Notes under the pieces: model-generated
Told to the model about the DNA's origin: nothing
What the model saw: only the letters and a program-made list of their open reading frames with translations
Database searches by the model: none
Position numbers and translations under genes: made by a program
NCBI GenBank assembly: GCA_964512925.1
Contig: CAZEKH010000004.1
Coordinates: forward strand, 72,392-136,391
Direction: 5' to 3'
DNA from: an uncultured Candidatus Saccharibacteria bacterium
GTDB lineage: Bacteria; Patescibacteriota; Doudnabacteria; UBA920
Length of the DNA stretch: 64,000 nucleotides
Shown here: piece after piece, positions 1-7,872 of the stretch
Position numbering within the stretch: position 1 is the first letter of the stretch
Layout of the letters: each line of letters begins with the position of its first letter

Positions 1-274
1 TACAGTAACGCCGACTGAATCTCCTAGCGCTACGCCCGCAAGTTTAACCACAGACAAAATTTTGATAAATCAAATTAAAATTACAAGTACCCCAACAGGC
101 TATCTGAATGTCAGAAAAACTCCTTCCACTTCCGGCGCATTGGTGTCAAAAGTTTATCCGGGCGAGGTGTATCATTTTCTATCTTCAGAGAACGGCTGGT
201 ATAAGATAAGCCTGAAAGACGGAACTCCGGGATGGATATCAGGTCAGTATACGGAAAAAGTTCCAGCTCCGTAA
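1..274 (+). CDS. 3' fragment of a protein ending in a bacterial SH3 (SH3b)-like domain; the 5' end lies outside the window
   Basis: The frame is open from nt 2 to a stop at 272-274. The tail GYLNVRKTPSTSGALVSKVYPGEVYHFLSSENGWYKISLKDGTPGWISGQY looks SH3b-like. Confidence 0.5.
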   Translation, partial: TVTPTESPSATPASLTTDKILINQIKITSTPTGYLNVRKTPSTSGALVSKVYPGEVYHFLSSENGWYKISLKDGTPGWISGQYTEKVPAP

Positions 275-289
275 AAGATCGGTAAATAT

Positions 290-331
290 AAAACTAGCGC
301 CTAAATAGTTATGGGCGCTAGTTTTATTATT
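290..331. terminator. Bidirectional rho-independent terminator hairpin
   Basis: AAAACTAGCGCC-N12-GGCGCTAGTTTT followed by ATTATTT; it lies between convergent genes. Confidence 0.6.
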
Positions 332-391
332 TGTCCCAAGGTATTTTAAAATAGAAAATTGTTTGAGGTTGGGGAATTTGATTAATTTTTT

Positions 392-1114
392 TTATTCTCT
401 GGCTATAACCAGGCAAAATACTGACCCGGCGCCGGCTTCTTTGAGCGCTTTACTTGCAGACAAAAGGGTTTCGCCGGTGGTTGTAACATCGTCTATGAGT
501 AAGAAATTTTTATTCTGAATATCGGTTTTCACGAAATTTTTACTTATAGAAAAGGCATTTTTCAGATTTTTTTGTCTTTCAGCTTTTTTTAAGTCTTTTT
601 GGGTTTTGGTATATTTGTTTCTTTTTAGCGCTTCTGAGATTGGCAAATTTAGTGTGTCAGAAAACGCTTGGGAAAGTATTTTGGTTTGGTTAAAACCCCT
701 CCAACGTTCGCGCCAGGAATTTAGAGGAATCGGACAAATGACTGGATTTTTTGGCTTAAAGAATTCAGGATAGTTAGTTTGCATATCAGCGGCAGCCATT
801 TTACCTAGCATTTCAAAAATTTGCGGCACAAAATAATATTTGCCTTTGATAATAAGATCTTTTATTGCCTGGTCATTATAATCAAAAATACAAAAGAGAT
901 TTTCTGGACAAATGGAAGTTTTGCATTTTGTGTGGGTTTGGCCAAATGGGGAAGATTTTTTGCAGATAATACAAATTTGCGCATCTATCCGTTTAACAAG
1001 ATTTTGGCAGGACTGGCATAAATATTCTTTTCCTTCTTTTTCGCACCGAAGACAATAGATGGGAAAAACCAGATCTAAAAGAAAAGTTTTGATGTCAGAA
1101 AGAAGGGGATGCAT
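392..1114 (-). CDS. comFC: ComF family protein (competence protein F, phosphoribosyltransferase fold)
   Basis: ATG at 1114. N-terminal Cys pairs (CLRC...CQSC) and a C-terminal PRTase motif LLIDDVTTTGETL. The longer ORF-track version (to 1576) starts at TTG and runs through a separate gene. Confidence 0.75.
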   Translation of the reverse strand: MHPLLSDIKTFLLDLVFPIYCLRCEKEGKEYLCQSCQNLVKRIDAQICIICKKSSPFGQTHTKCKTSICPENLFCIFDYNDQAIKDLIIKGKYYFVPQIFEMLGKMAAADMQTNYPEFFKPKNPVICPIPLNSWRERWRGFNQTKILSQAFSDTLNLPISEALKRNKYTKTQKDLKKAERQKNLKNAFSISKNFVKTDIQNKNFLLIDDVTTTGETLLSASKALKEAGAGSVFCLVIARE

Positions 1115-1261
1115 AAAGATTGAAGATTTCCTCCTTCGCCAACCTCTTACGCCAAGGCTACAAAGGTCAGGAGGCTTCGAAGGACAAGGAAGATTGAAGA
1201 AGTGTTCCGAACTGAGGAATGATTTTGAAATATGAGAAATTATAATTGTATCTATTTTACC

Positions 1262-1306
1262 AAATAAATAAAAAGCACGCTGTCCCCGTGGCGGTTCGGG
1301 GACAGC
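1262..1306 (-). terminator. Rho-independent terminator of the small GC-rich gene
   Basis: 10-bp stem GCTGTCCCCG/CGGGGACAGC with a T-run on the minus strand. Confidence 0.6.
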
Positions 1307-1316
1307 GTGGGTCGGA

Positions 1317-1631
1317 CTACACTTCAGTGTCAACGAAATGGATGGGGGTTTTGCAGAAGTGGCAGCAAAAGCGGTCACCCCAGAAGATGTTCCGCGATTT
1401 TTTCGGATTCCAAGACAACGGCTGGTTGCACATTGGGTTTGGGCATCTCCAGAATACCTGACCCCATTCTTTTTTGAAATGGGCTTGAACGTATTCCACC
1501 ACAGGGGGCGGTGGTGGCGGTGCGAGTGTTGGGGGGAAATAGGCAATCCTCGTATCACACACGGAAACGTAACCAATCCTCAGTCCGCCCTGGGCAGGAG
1601 CTGCCCCATTGTGGGTGATGACGTAAATCAT
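1317..1631 (-). CDS. Small hypothetical protein (104 aa), Cys-rich with a PPPPPP run, inside a GC-rich island
   Basis: Near-consensus SD (GGCTAAGGAGG) 7 nt before the ATG and its own terminator. Motifs CPNPMC and CCHFC suggest metal binding. Local GC is far above the surroundings. Confidence 0.55.
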   Translation of the reverse strand: MIYVITHNGAAPAQGGLRIGYVSVCDTRIAYFPPTLAPPPPPPVVEYVQAHFKKEWGQVFWRCPNPMCNQPLSWNPKKSRNIFWGDRFCCHFCKTPIHFVDTEV

Positions 1632-1740
1632 ACTAAGGCCTCCTTAGCCTTAGGCGGAGCTTAACAAAGCGCAGAGAGAGAGTCAAGGGCATATCAATTA
1701 TTCAAATTGTTCTAAGTGCTCTAATTGATTTAATAATTTT

Positions 1741-1773
1741 AAAAAAAACAGCCCTGCCGTAGCAGGGCTGTTT
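1741..1773 (-). terminator. Rho-independent terminator downstream of clpC
   Basis: AACAGCCCTGC-CGTA-GCAGGGCTGTT with T8 on the minus strand. Confidence 0.7.
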
Positions 1774-1784
1774 AAATATTTAGT

Positions 1785-4331
1785 TTATGCTGTGACGGCG
1801 ACTCTTTCGTTTTTTGACGTAACTATGATGATTTTGTCTTTTTTGAGTTCCGCCTGGATTTTGCCGCCTTCTTTGACAGCGCCGGCAATGATCTTTTCCG
1901 CCAAGGGGTCTTCCAAAAGATCCTGGACATTTTTCCTTACGTACCTGGCGCCTTGACCCGGGTCAAAGCTTTTGTCGGCGATGTATTTTAGAACATTGGC
2001 GGGAATTTTCAGCTGAATATTTTGCCCCAAGAGGCGGGTTTGAAGTTCAGCAGCCTGGAGCTTGGTGATTTCTTTGAGTTCTTCCATACCCAGGGGCTTG
2101 AACACCACAATTTTATCCACGCGGTTTAGAAATTCAGGACGGAATTCCTGCTTTAAGGTTTCCATTACATTGTCTTTGATTTTTTCATACTCAATTTGCA
2201 AAGCAAATTTTTCGTCCAGTTTTTCTTCCTTGTCCGCAAAACCGATTTTTTGCGCCTGGGTGTTGAGTTCCTGCATCCCGAGGTTGGAAGTCATAATTAT
2301 AATAGTATTTCTAAAAGAGACTTTTTTGCCTTCCGAATCAGTCAGCTGGCCGTCTTCTAAAATCTGTAAAAAAATGTTAAACACATCGGGGTTGGCTTTT
2401 TCAATTTCATCAAACAAAACCACGCTATAAGGTTTTCTTCTTACAGCTTCGGTCAGCCTGCCGCCTTCGCCATAGCCGACATACCCGGCTGGCGCGCCTA
2501 TAAGCCTTGAAACATTGTGTCTTTCCATAAACTCCGACATATCCACCCGGATCAAGGCTTCTTCGTCTTCAAAAACTTCGCGCGCCAAAGCTTTGGCTGT
2601 CTCGGTTTTGCCCACGCCGGTGGGACCTAAGAAAATGAAACTGCCAAGGGGTCTTTTTGGGTTTGAAATGCCGGCGCGGCTTCTTTTTACGGCTTTGGAA
2701 ATTTCGCTGATAGCTTCATTTTGACCGATGATTTTGCTTTTAAGTATATTTTCCAGCTTAGCCAGTTTGGTAACATCGGTTTTAGTGAGTTTGGTAACTG
2801 GGATTTTAGTCATCATTGAAACCGTGTGGGCGATGTCTTCAGCGGTTATATCCCTGACCGGCGGCTGTTCCTGGGCGGCTAAGTTTTTGGAAAGTTCCTG
2901 TTTTTGTTTTAAAAGTTTTTCTTCCTGGCTTTTTAAGTGAATGGCTGTGGTAAAATCCTGAGCCAAAACGGCTTTGGTTTTTTCTTCTTCCAAAGCAGTC
3001 AGATCAGCTTCCAATTTTTTGGTGGCGCGCAGAATTTTGGAAGGGGAGTTGATTGACCTTAAAAAAGCCGCGGTTTCGTCTATCAAATCTACCGCTTTGT
3101 CAGGCAAAAATCTGTCTTGTATATAGCGCGTGGAAAGATCCACTGCCGCAAGCAAAGCCTCGTCCATAATCCTGACATTATGGTGTTTTTCGTAGTTGGG
3201 CTTTAAACCTTTGAGAATCTCAATTGTTTCTTCGCGCGAGGGTTCATCTACCAGCACGGGCTGAAATCTTCTTTCCAAAGCCGCGTCTTTTTCTATGTGC
3301 TGTTTGTATTCAGACAGGGTGGTTGCGCCGATAGCCCGAAGTTCGCCGCGGGCTAAGGCCGGTTTTAAGATATTGGCGGCATCCAGGCTGCCGGTTGTGG
3401 CGCCGGCGCCAACCATAGTGTGCAGTTCATCCACAAACAAAATGGTGTTTTTATCCGCTCTGACTTCTTCTATGATTTGCTTCAGTCGGTTTTCAAATTC
3501 GCCCCTAAACATAGAGCCGGCTACTATCAGAGCCAAATCCAGAGAAAGAATTTTTTTGTCCAAAAGAGAGTCCGGCACTTCGCGTTTAGAGATCGCCAAA
3601 GCCAAGCCCTCAACAATGGCGGTTTTACCCACACCAGCTTCGCCGATAAGCAGGGGATTGTTTTTGGTCCGCCTGTTTAAAATTGAGACCATTCTTTCAA
3701 TTTCCACTTTTCTTCCTACTACAGGATCCACAAGTCCTTGGGCGGCCTTTTTGGTCAGATCGGTAGTAAAATATTCAAGCAAGCTGTTTTTTTTGCCATC
3801 CGGTTTTCCGCCCGGCATCGGCTGGCCGGTTGATGGGTTTGGCATCCCGTTTTCGGATTGTGGAATTTCGGGAAATTTGGAAATATTTTCAAAAATATGC
3901 ATTAAGTCATGCTCAACTTCAGCGGGGTTGACATTCAGTTTCGCCAAAACGGTTTTGGCTTTATTTTGTCTGGCGGAAACCAAGCCATATAAAAAATGCT
4001 CTGTCCCGATGAATTGGTAGCCGAATTGGCTCGCCATAATAGCGGCTTTTTCAATGGCGATTTTTAAATTTTCCGACAGTACCGGTTTCCAGCTGGAAAC
4101 TGTGTTGCCGGAGTTAACGAAAATCAGTTCTTGTTTGACGATTTCCGGACTGAGTTTGGTTTTAGCCAAAATTTCCGAAGCAAAAGAACTTTTTTCGCCG
4201 ATTATGCCGTATAACAAATGTTCAGTCCCGATTTGCCCGTGTTTTAGTTCCTCTGAAACCATTTGCGCGAGGATAAGAGCGTTTTTTGCCCTGGAGGATA
4301 AACGTTCAAGTATTGAAGAAAAATTATTCAT
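1785..4331 (-). CDS. clpC: Class I Hsp100 AAA+ chaperone, ClpC-like (two Clp_N repeats, two AAA modules, short M-domain)
   Basis: Two Walker A motifs (GEAGVGKT, GPTGVGKT), a short coiled-coil middle domain and a KIGF loop. Confidence 0.85.
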   Translation of the reverse strand: MNNFSSILERLSSRAKNALILAQMVSEELKHGQIGTEHLLYGIIGEKSSFASEILAKTKLSPEIVKQELIFVNSGNTVSSWKPVLSENLKIAIEKAAIMASQFGYQFIGTEHFLYGLVSARQNKAKTVLAKLNVNPAEVEHDLMHIFENISKFPEIPQSENGMPNPSTGQPMPGGKPDGKKNSLLEYFTTDLTKKAAQGLVDPVVGRKVEIERMVSILNRRTKNNPLLIGEAGVGKTAIVEGLALAISKREVPDSLLDKKILSLDLALIVAGSMFRGEFENRLKQIIEEVRADKNTILFVDELHTMVGAGATTGSLDAANILKPALARGELRAIGATTLSEYKQHIEKDAALERRFQPVLVDEPSREETIEILKGLKPNYEKHHNVRIMDEALLAAVDLSTRYIQDRFLPDKAVDLIDETAAFLRSINSPSKILRATKKLEADLTALEEEKTKAVLAQDFTTAIHLKSQEEKLLKQKQELSKNLAAQEQPPVRDITAEDIAHTVSMMTKIPVTKLTKTDVTKLAKLENILKSKIIGQNEAISEISKAVKRSRAGISNPKRPLGSFIFLGPTGVGKTETAKALAREVFEDEEALIRVDMSEFMERHNVSRLIGAPAGYVGYGEGGRLTEAVRRKPYSVVLFDEIEKANPDVFNIFLQILEDGQLTDSEGKKVSFRNTIIIMTSNLGMQELNTQAQKIGFADKEEKLDEKFALQIEYEKIKDNVMETLKQEFRPEFLNRVDKIVVFKPLGMEELKEITKLQAAELQTRLLGQNIQLKIPANVLKYIADKSFDPGQGARYVRKNVQDLLEDPLAEKIIAGAVKEGGKIQAELKKDKIIIVTSKNERVAVTA

Positions 4332-4501
4332 ATTTTACAGATCACAAATAGCATAGGTAATACTGATGCTAAATATTAATATATAAGTTACAAGAAAATT
4401 TAATATTTGTTACACTTAAATTATAACATTTATTACAGCATAGATGATCTTATCACTCGTGTCAAGAGAGTGATAATAAAAATGCAAAATTAAATATCAA
4501 A

Positions 4502-4990
4502 ATGCAAAATATTGAGGCAGAAAATTTAGAAAAAGCTTATTCATATTCAATCTATTTGTTGTCTTTGAAGTTGCGCACGGAAGGGGAAATTAGAAATAAA
4601 TTACAAATAAAAAATTATAAATTACAAATTATAGACAGTGTCGTTCAAAAGCTGAAAGAAAATCAATATATAGACGACCAGAGGTATGCGGAGGTTTATG
4701 TGGAGAATTTGAAAAAGTATAAAACTTTCGGTTACTACGGCATAAAAAAGAAACTGATGGAAAAACGTCTGCCTGCCGGGATCATTGAACAGGTTTTAGA
4801 TGAATCTCTGAGCGAGGAGGAAGAGATAAAGATTGCAAAAAGGTATTTAATAAAATATGAAGCAGGAAATATGAAGCAGGAAGCAAAAGTGCAAAAAAAG
4901 GATGAGTTATATCAGGTAAAGCAAAAGCTGGCCAAAAAATTGGCCAGCCGGGGGTTTAGGACGGAAGTTGTAATGCAAATTATACTTTAA
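4502..4990 (+). CDS. recX: RecX family regulatory protein
   Basis: RecX-like three-helix repeats; motif YIDDQRYAEVYV. Confidence 0.65.
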   Translation: MQNIEAENLEKAYSYSIYLLSLKLRTEGEIRNKLQIKNYKLQIIDSVVQKLKENQYIDDQRYAEVYVENLKKYKTFGYYGIKKKLMEKRLPAGIIEQVLDESLSEEEEIKIAKRYLIKYEAGNMKQEAKVQKKDELYQVKQKLAKKLASRGFRTEVVMQIIL

Positions 4991-5354
4991 TTTCATTTCC
5001 TTCCAGATACCATTTATTTCCATTCGATGAATGCACTAAAGAAAATACCCCTGTGCGTGTATTCGAATTTGTTTGGGTATTTCCATATTGATAAGTGATG
5101 GTATATTCTGTTTCAATAATATGTTCTTCGCCTTGTTGTGAGGGTCTTAAATATTCTTCAACTTTACACGGATATTGTTCGCAAAATTCCTTAGGACCCC
5201 TTTGCTGATTAGCATGCGCTGATATTGCAGTTTGTACTATGTTCGGTAAGCGTTCTAAAAATTTTTTCAGTTTTATTTCTTGTACTTTTCCACTGATTAA
5301 ATCCGGGGTTTTTGGACCCTCAGGTGTAACAAAGCCTAAAAGTTTTTTTAACAT
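4980..5354 (-). CDS. Hypothetical protein (124 aa)
   Basis: Intact ORF convergent with recX; the two 3' ends overlap by 11 nt. No recognisable domain. Confidence 0.4.
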   Translation of the reverse strand: MLKKLLGFVTPEGPKTPDLISGKVQEIKLKKFLERLPNIVQTAISAHANQQRGPKEFCEQYPCKVEEYLRPSQQGEEHIIETEYTITYQYGNTQTNSNTRTGVFSLVHSSNGNKWYLEGNEIKV

Positions 5355-5377
5355 ATTTTATATACTAATAATTAGTT

Positions 5378-6325
5378 TTATAAATTCATTTCCCTAAGCC
5401 TTTTTACCCTCTCTTCTATGGGAGGATGGGTGTTAAAGAGGGAGGTAAACCAACTTCTTCCGGAGGAAGAAGTTGTCCTGAGCGCAGCCGAAGGACCCCT
5501 TAAATCGTCCTCGTGAAAAGGATTAACTATATACAAGTGAGCAGTAGCTTTGTTGGCAGCCTCTAGCGGTTCGTGGTCAGAACTGATTTTTTCTAAAGCC
5601 CGCGCAAGCCCTTCCGGGTAGCGTGTTAGGAGCGCCCCTGAGGCGTCTGCAAAAAATTCACGTTTTCTGGAGACTGCTAGTTTTATGAGAGTAGCAATTA
5701 TCGGGGAGAGGATGGCGAGTACAAGTCCCGCGATCATCAAAACCAATTTTAACTGACCGCCTCCCTCGCGGTCGTCGGATTTGCGTCCGCCAAAAAAACT
5801 TGCGCGAAGCATAAAGTCCGCAAGCAGGGTTACAGTGCCGACTAAAACTACGACCAAAGTCATAACACGGATGTCGTAGTTGCCTATGTGGGAGAGTTCG
5901 TGGGCTGTTACGCCTTCCAGTTCTACTTTGTCTAACTTTTGTAAAATCCCGGTTGTATAGCACACAACCGCATGCTTGGGGTCGCGTCCCGTGGCAAAAG
6001 CATTGGGCGCTGTGTCTTCTATTATATAAATTTTCGGTGTTGGAATGCCTGCTGTGATGCAAAGATTTTCTACTATGCGGTAAAGCTCCTGGTTAGACTG
6101 TCTGTCAACTTCCTTAGCCCCTGACAAGGCTAAGGTAATAGAATCGGAATAGTAGTAGGAAATGAGGGATGAAAAAACCGAAAAACCCACAGCGATATAA
6201 AGTATCTGCGGATTTCCATAAACCTGTGAAAATACAAAACCCAAAAGTGCAATAACTGCCAAAAAGCTGAATATGAGTATCCAGCTTTCGGTTTTGTTTT
6301 TATTTATATGGTCGTAAGTCAACAT
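5378..6325 (-). CDS. htpX: Zinc metalloprotease HtpX (peptidase M48)
   Basis: N-terminal TM segments, HELSH zinc motif and a THPPIEERV C-terminal tail. Confidence 0.85.
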   Translation of the reverse strand: MLTYDHINKNKTESWILIFSFLAVIALLGFVFSQVYGNPQILYIAVGFSVFSSLISYYYSDSITLALSGAKEVDRQSNQELYRIVENLCITAGIPTPKIYIIEDTAPNAFATGRDPKHAVVCYTTGILQKLDKVELEGVTAHELSHIGNYDIRVMTLVVVLVGTVTLLADFMLRASFFGGRKSDDREGGGQLKLVLMIAGLVLAILSPIIATLIKLAVSRKREFFADASGALLTRYPEGLARALEKISSDHEPLEAANKATAHLYIVNPFHEDDLRGPSAALRTTSSSGRSWFTSLFNTHPPIEERVKRLREMNL

Positions 6326-6358
6326 TTATTGCACTAATTACAAATATTACTAATTTTA

Positions 6359-6736
6359 CTAATAGAGATTTACAACTCGTTTTTGAATGATTCCATCTTT
6401 GGTAAAAACTCCAATGATACCTAGTTGTAGTTTGTGAGCTTTTAAATACCCGTGAACTTGTTTGATATGTTGAGGGTAAACCGCGTTTGCAACCTTAATC
6501 TCTAAAACAATTAAATTATTAATTAAAAAATCTAGATAATAACCACCAATATTTTTATTATTAAAAACCAATGGTGAATATAGCTGTTCTTTTACATCAA
6601 AACCTAATTTTATTAACTCGTCTTTAATGGCTTTATAATAATACTTTTCTTGGTAGCCATATCCAAATTCGTTGAAGACTTTAAACAAGACCCCAACTAT
6701 TTTATAACTCTCATCTGGAAATAAAGCCGCAGGCAT
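6359..6736 (-). CDS. GxxExxY family protein (PD-(D/E)xK-like)
   Basis: Motif GYGYQEKYY near the N-terminus. Confidence 0.65.
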   Translation of the reverse strand: MPAALFPDESYKIVGVLFKVFNEFGYGYQEKYYYKAIKDELIKLGFDVKEQLYSPLVFNNKNIGGYYLDFLINNLIVLEIKVANAVYPQHIKQVHGYLKAHKLQLGIIGVFTKDGIIQKRVVNLY

Positions 6737-6778
6737 ACTTAATTAGTATGATTTGTACGATGCGTAATTGGTGCAATA

Positions 6779-7327
6779 TTAAAATTGAACTTTAACGACC
6801 TGACCTTCCGGGCCTTTTTCGTCGATGTCGAAGAACTCTCTTTTGACAAAACCGAACATAGAGGCAAAGATGTTGCCTGGGAATTTTTCTACTGAAGTGT
6901 TGAAGTCGCGGACGGTGCCGTTGTAAAACCTTCTGGCAGCCTGGATTTTGTCTTCAGTGTCAGTTAGGTCTCGCTGCATCTGCATAAAGTTGGTGTTGGA
7001 CTTAAGGTCAGGGTATGCTTCGCTGACCGCAAACAGGGATTTTAAGGCTCCTGAAAGCATATTTTCGTCTTTGAGCTTTTCTTGCAAAGAACCGGCATTC
7101 ATAGCCATATTTCTGGCTTTGGTAACATTTTCCAAAACTGATGACTCTTGCTTGGCGTAACCTTTGACCGTATCAACCAAGTTTGGTATGAGGTCATACC
7201 TGCGTTTTAGCTGAACTTCGATGTCGCTCCAAGCTTCGTCTACCCGGTTTTTGGCTGTAATCAGCGAATTATAAAGAAAAATCGCAAAAACTACTATCAG
7301 ACCCAATACAATGATAAATGGTAACAT
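6779..7327 (-). CDS. lemA: LemA family protein
   Basis: N-terminal TM segment followed by the conserved LemA core (RYDLIPNLV, AARRFYN). Confidence 0.8.
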   Translation of the reverse strand: MLPFIIVLGLIVVFAIFLYNSLITAKNRVDEAWSDIEVQLKRRYDLIPNLVDTVKGYAKQESSVLENVTKARNMAMNAGSLQEKLKDENMLSGALKSLFAVSEAYPDLKSNTNFMQMQRDLTDTEDKIQAARRFYNGTVRDFNTSVEKFPGNIFASMFGFVKREFFDIDEKGPEGQVVKVQF

Positions 7328-7395
7328 ATGATTTTTTTGTTAATTTATTAGTCTATATATTATAGCATATTTTACTATATAATTGACAATGAAAT

Positions 7396-7767
7396 TTGGG
7401 GGTATATAATTTTAATATGGAATCAAAAGTTAAAAAAGAAATAACATTAGAAAGCCTTGCTGTTTCGGTTGACAATGTAGCAAATTCTTTACAAAATTTG
7501 GCCATAATGACCGCCAAGGGTTTTGAGAATGTAAATGAAAGATTGGATAAAGTTGAAGGCAGTTTAAATAAAGTTGAGGGTAGATTGGATAAAGTTGAAA
7601 ATGAAATGGCTGGGCTAAGGTCAAGCGTGAATAGATATTTAGAACTTTCAGATAAAAGGTATTTGGAGCTGAAGGCCAGGCAGGATGTTATTGTTTCCTG
7701 GGTTAAACAGATTGGCGACAAAACCGGGGTGAAGATTGATTTGACTGAGTTAGAAAAAGTGGTTTAA
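7396..7767 (+). CDS. Hypothetical coiled-coil protein with internal LDKVEG/LNKVEG repeats
   Basis: Heptad-like repeats KVEGSLNKVEGRLDKVENEM. A TTGACA / TATATAAT promoter-like pair lies upstream. Confidence 0.45.
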   Translation: MGVYNFNMESKVKKEITLESLAVSVDNVANSLQNLAIMTAKGFENVNERLDKVEGSLNKVEGRLDKVENEMAGLRSSVNRYLELSDKRYLELKARQDVIVSWVKQIGDKTGVKIDLTELEKVV

Positions 7768-7872
7768 TTTTTTTTAAAAAAACCGTTAGGGTTCAAAGCC
7801 ATAGCGGTTTTTTGATTTGTAAAAAATATGGTATAATAAATTGTAAAATACAAAATCAAAAAAGAAACAAAA

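Noticed and set aside
392-1576. 394-aa ORF suggesting a long N-terminal extension of ComF
   Set aside because: It starts at TTG and runs in a different frame through the GC-rich island, where open frames are expected by chance. A separate gene with a near-consensus SD and terminator (1317-1631) occupies that region. The ComF homology begins at the ATG at 1114.
3780-3850. GC-rich stretch in clpC (CCGGC-N9-GCCGG) as an in-frame insertion
   Set aside because: It lies in the natural Clp_N-to-AAA1 linker, which is variable and Pro/Gly-rich in many ClpC proteins. It has no similarity to the GGAGAGGG family.
2062-4356. Several 60-240-aa plus-strand ORFs inside clpC (2062-2430, 2515-2724, 2728-2940, 3295-4020, 3420-3680, 4054-4356)
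   Set aside because: They are antisense to a well-supported 848-aa gene, have low-complexity translations and no SD. They are typical shadow ORFs.
5400-5430. CCCTCTCTTCTATGGGAGG inside the htpX 3' end, as another copy of the palindromic element
   Set aside because: It encodes the conserved HtpX C-terminal THPPIEERV tail, and the arms are not complementary. It is a coincidental resemblance.
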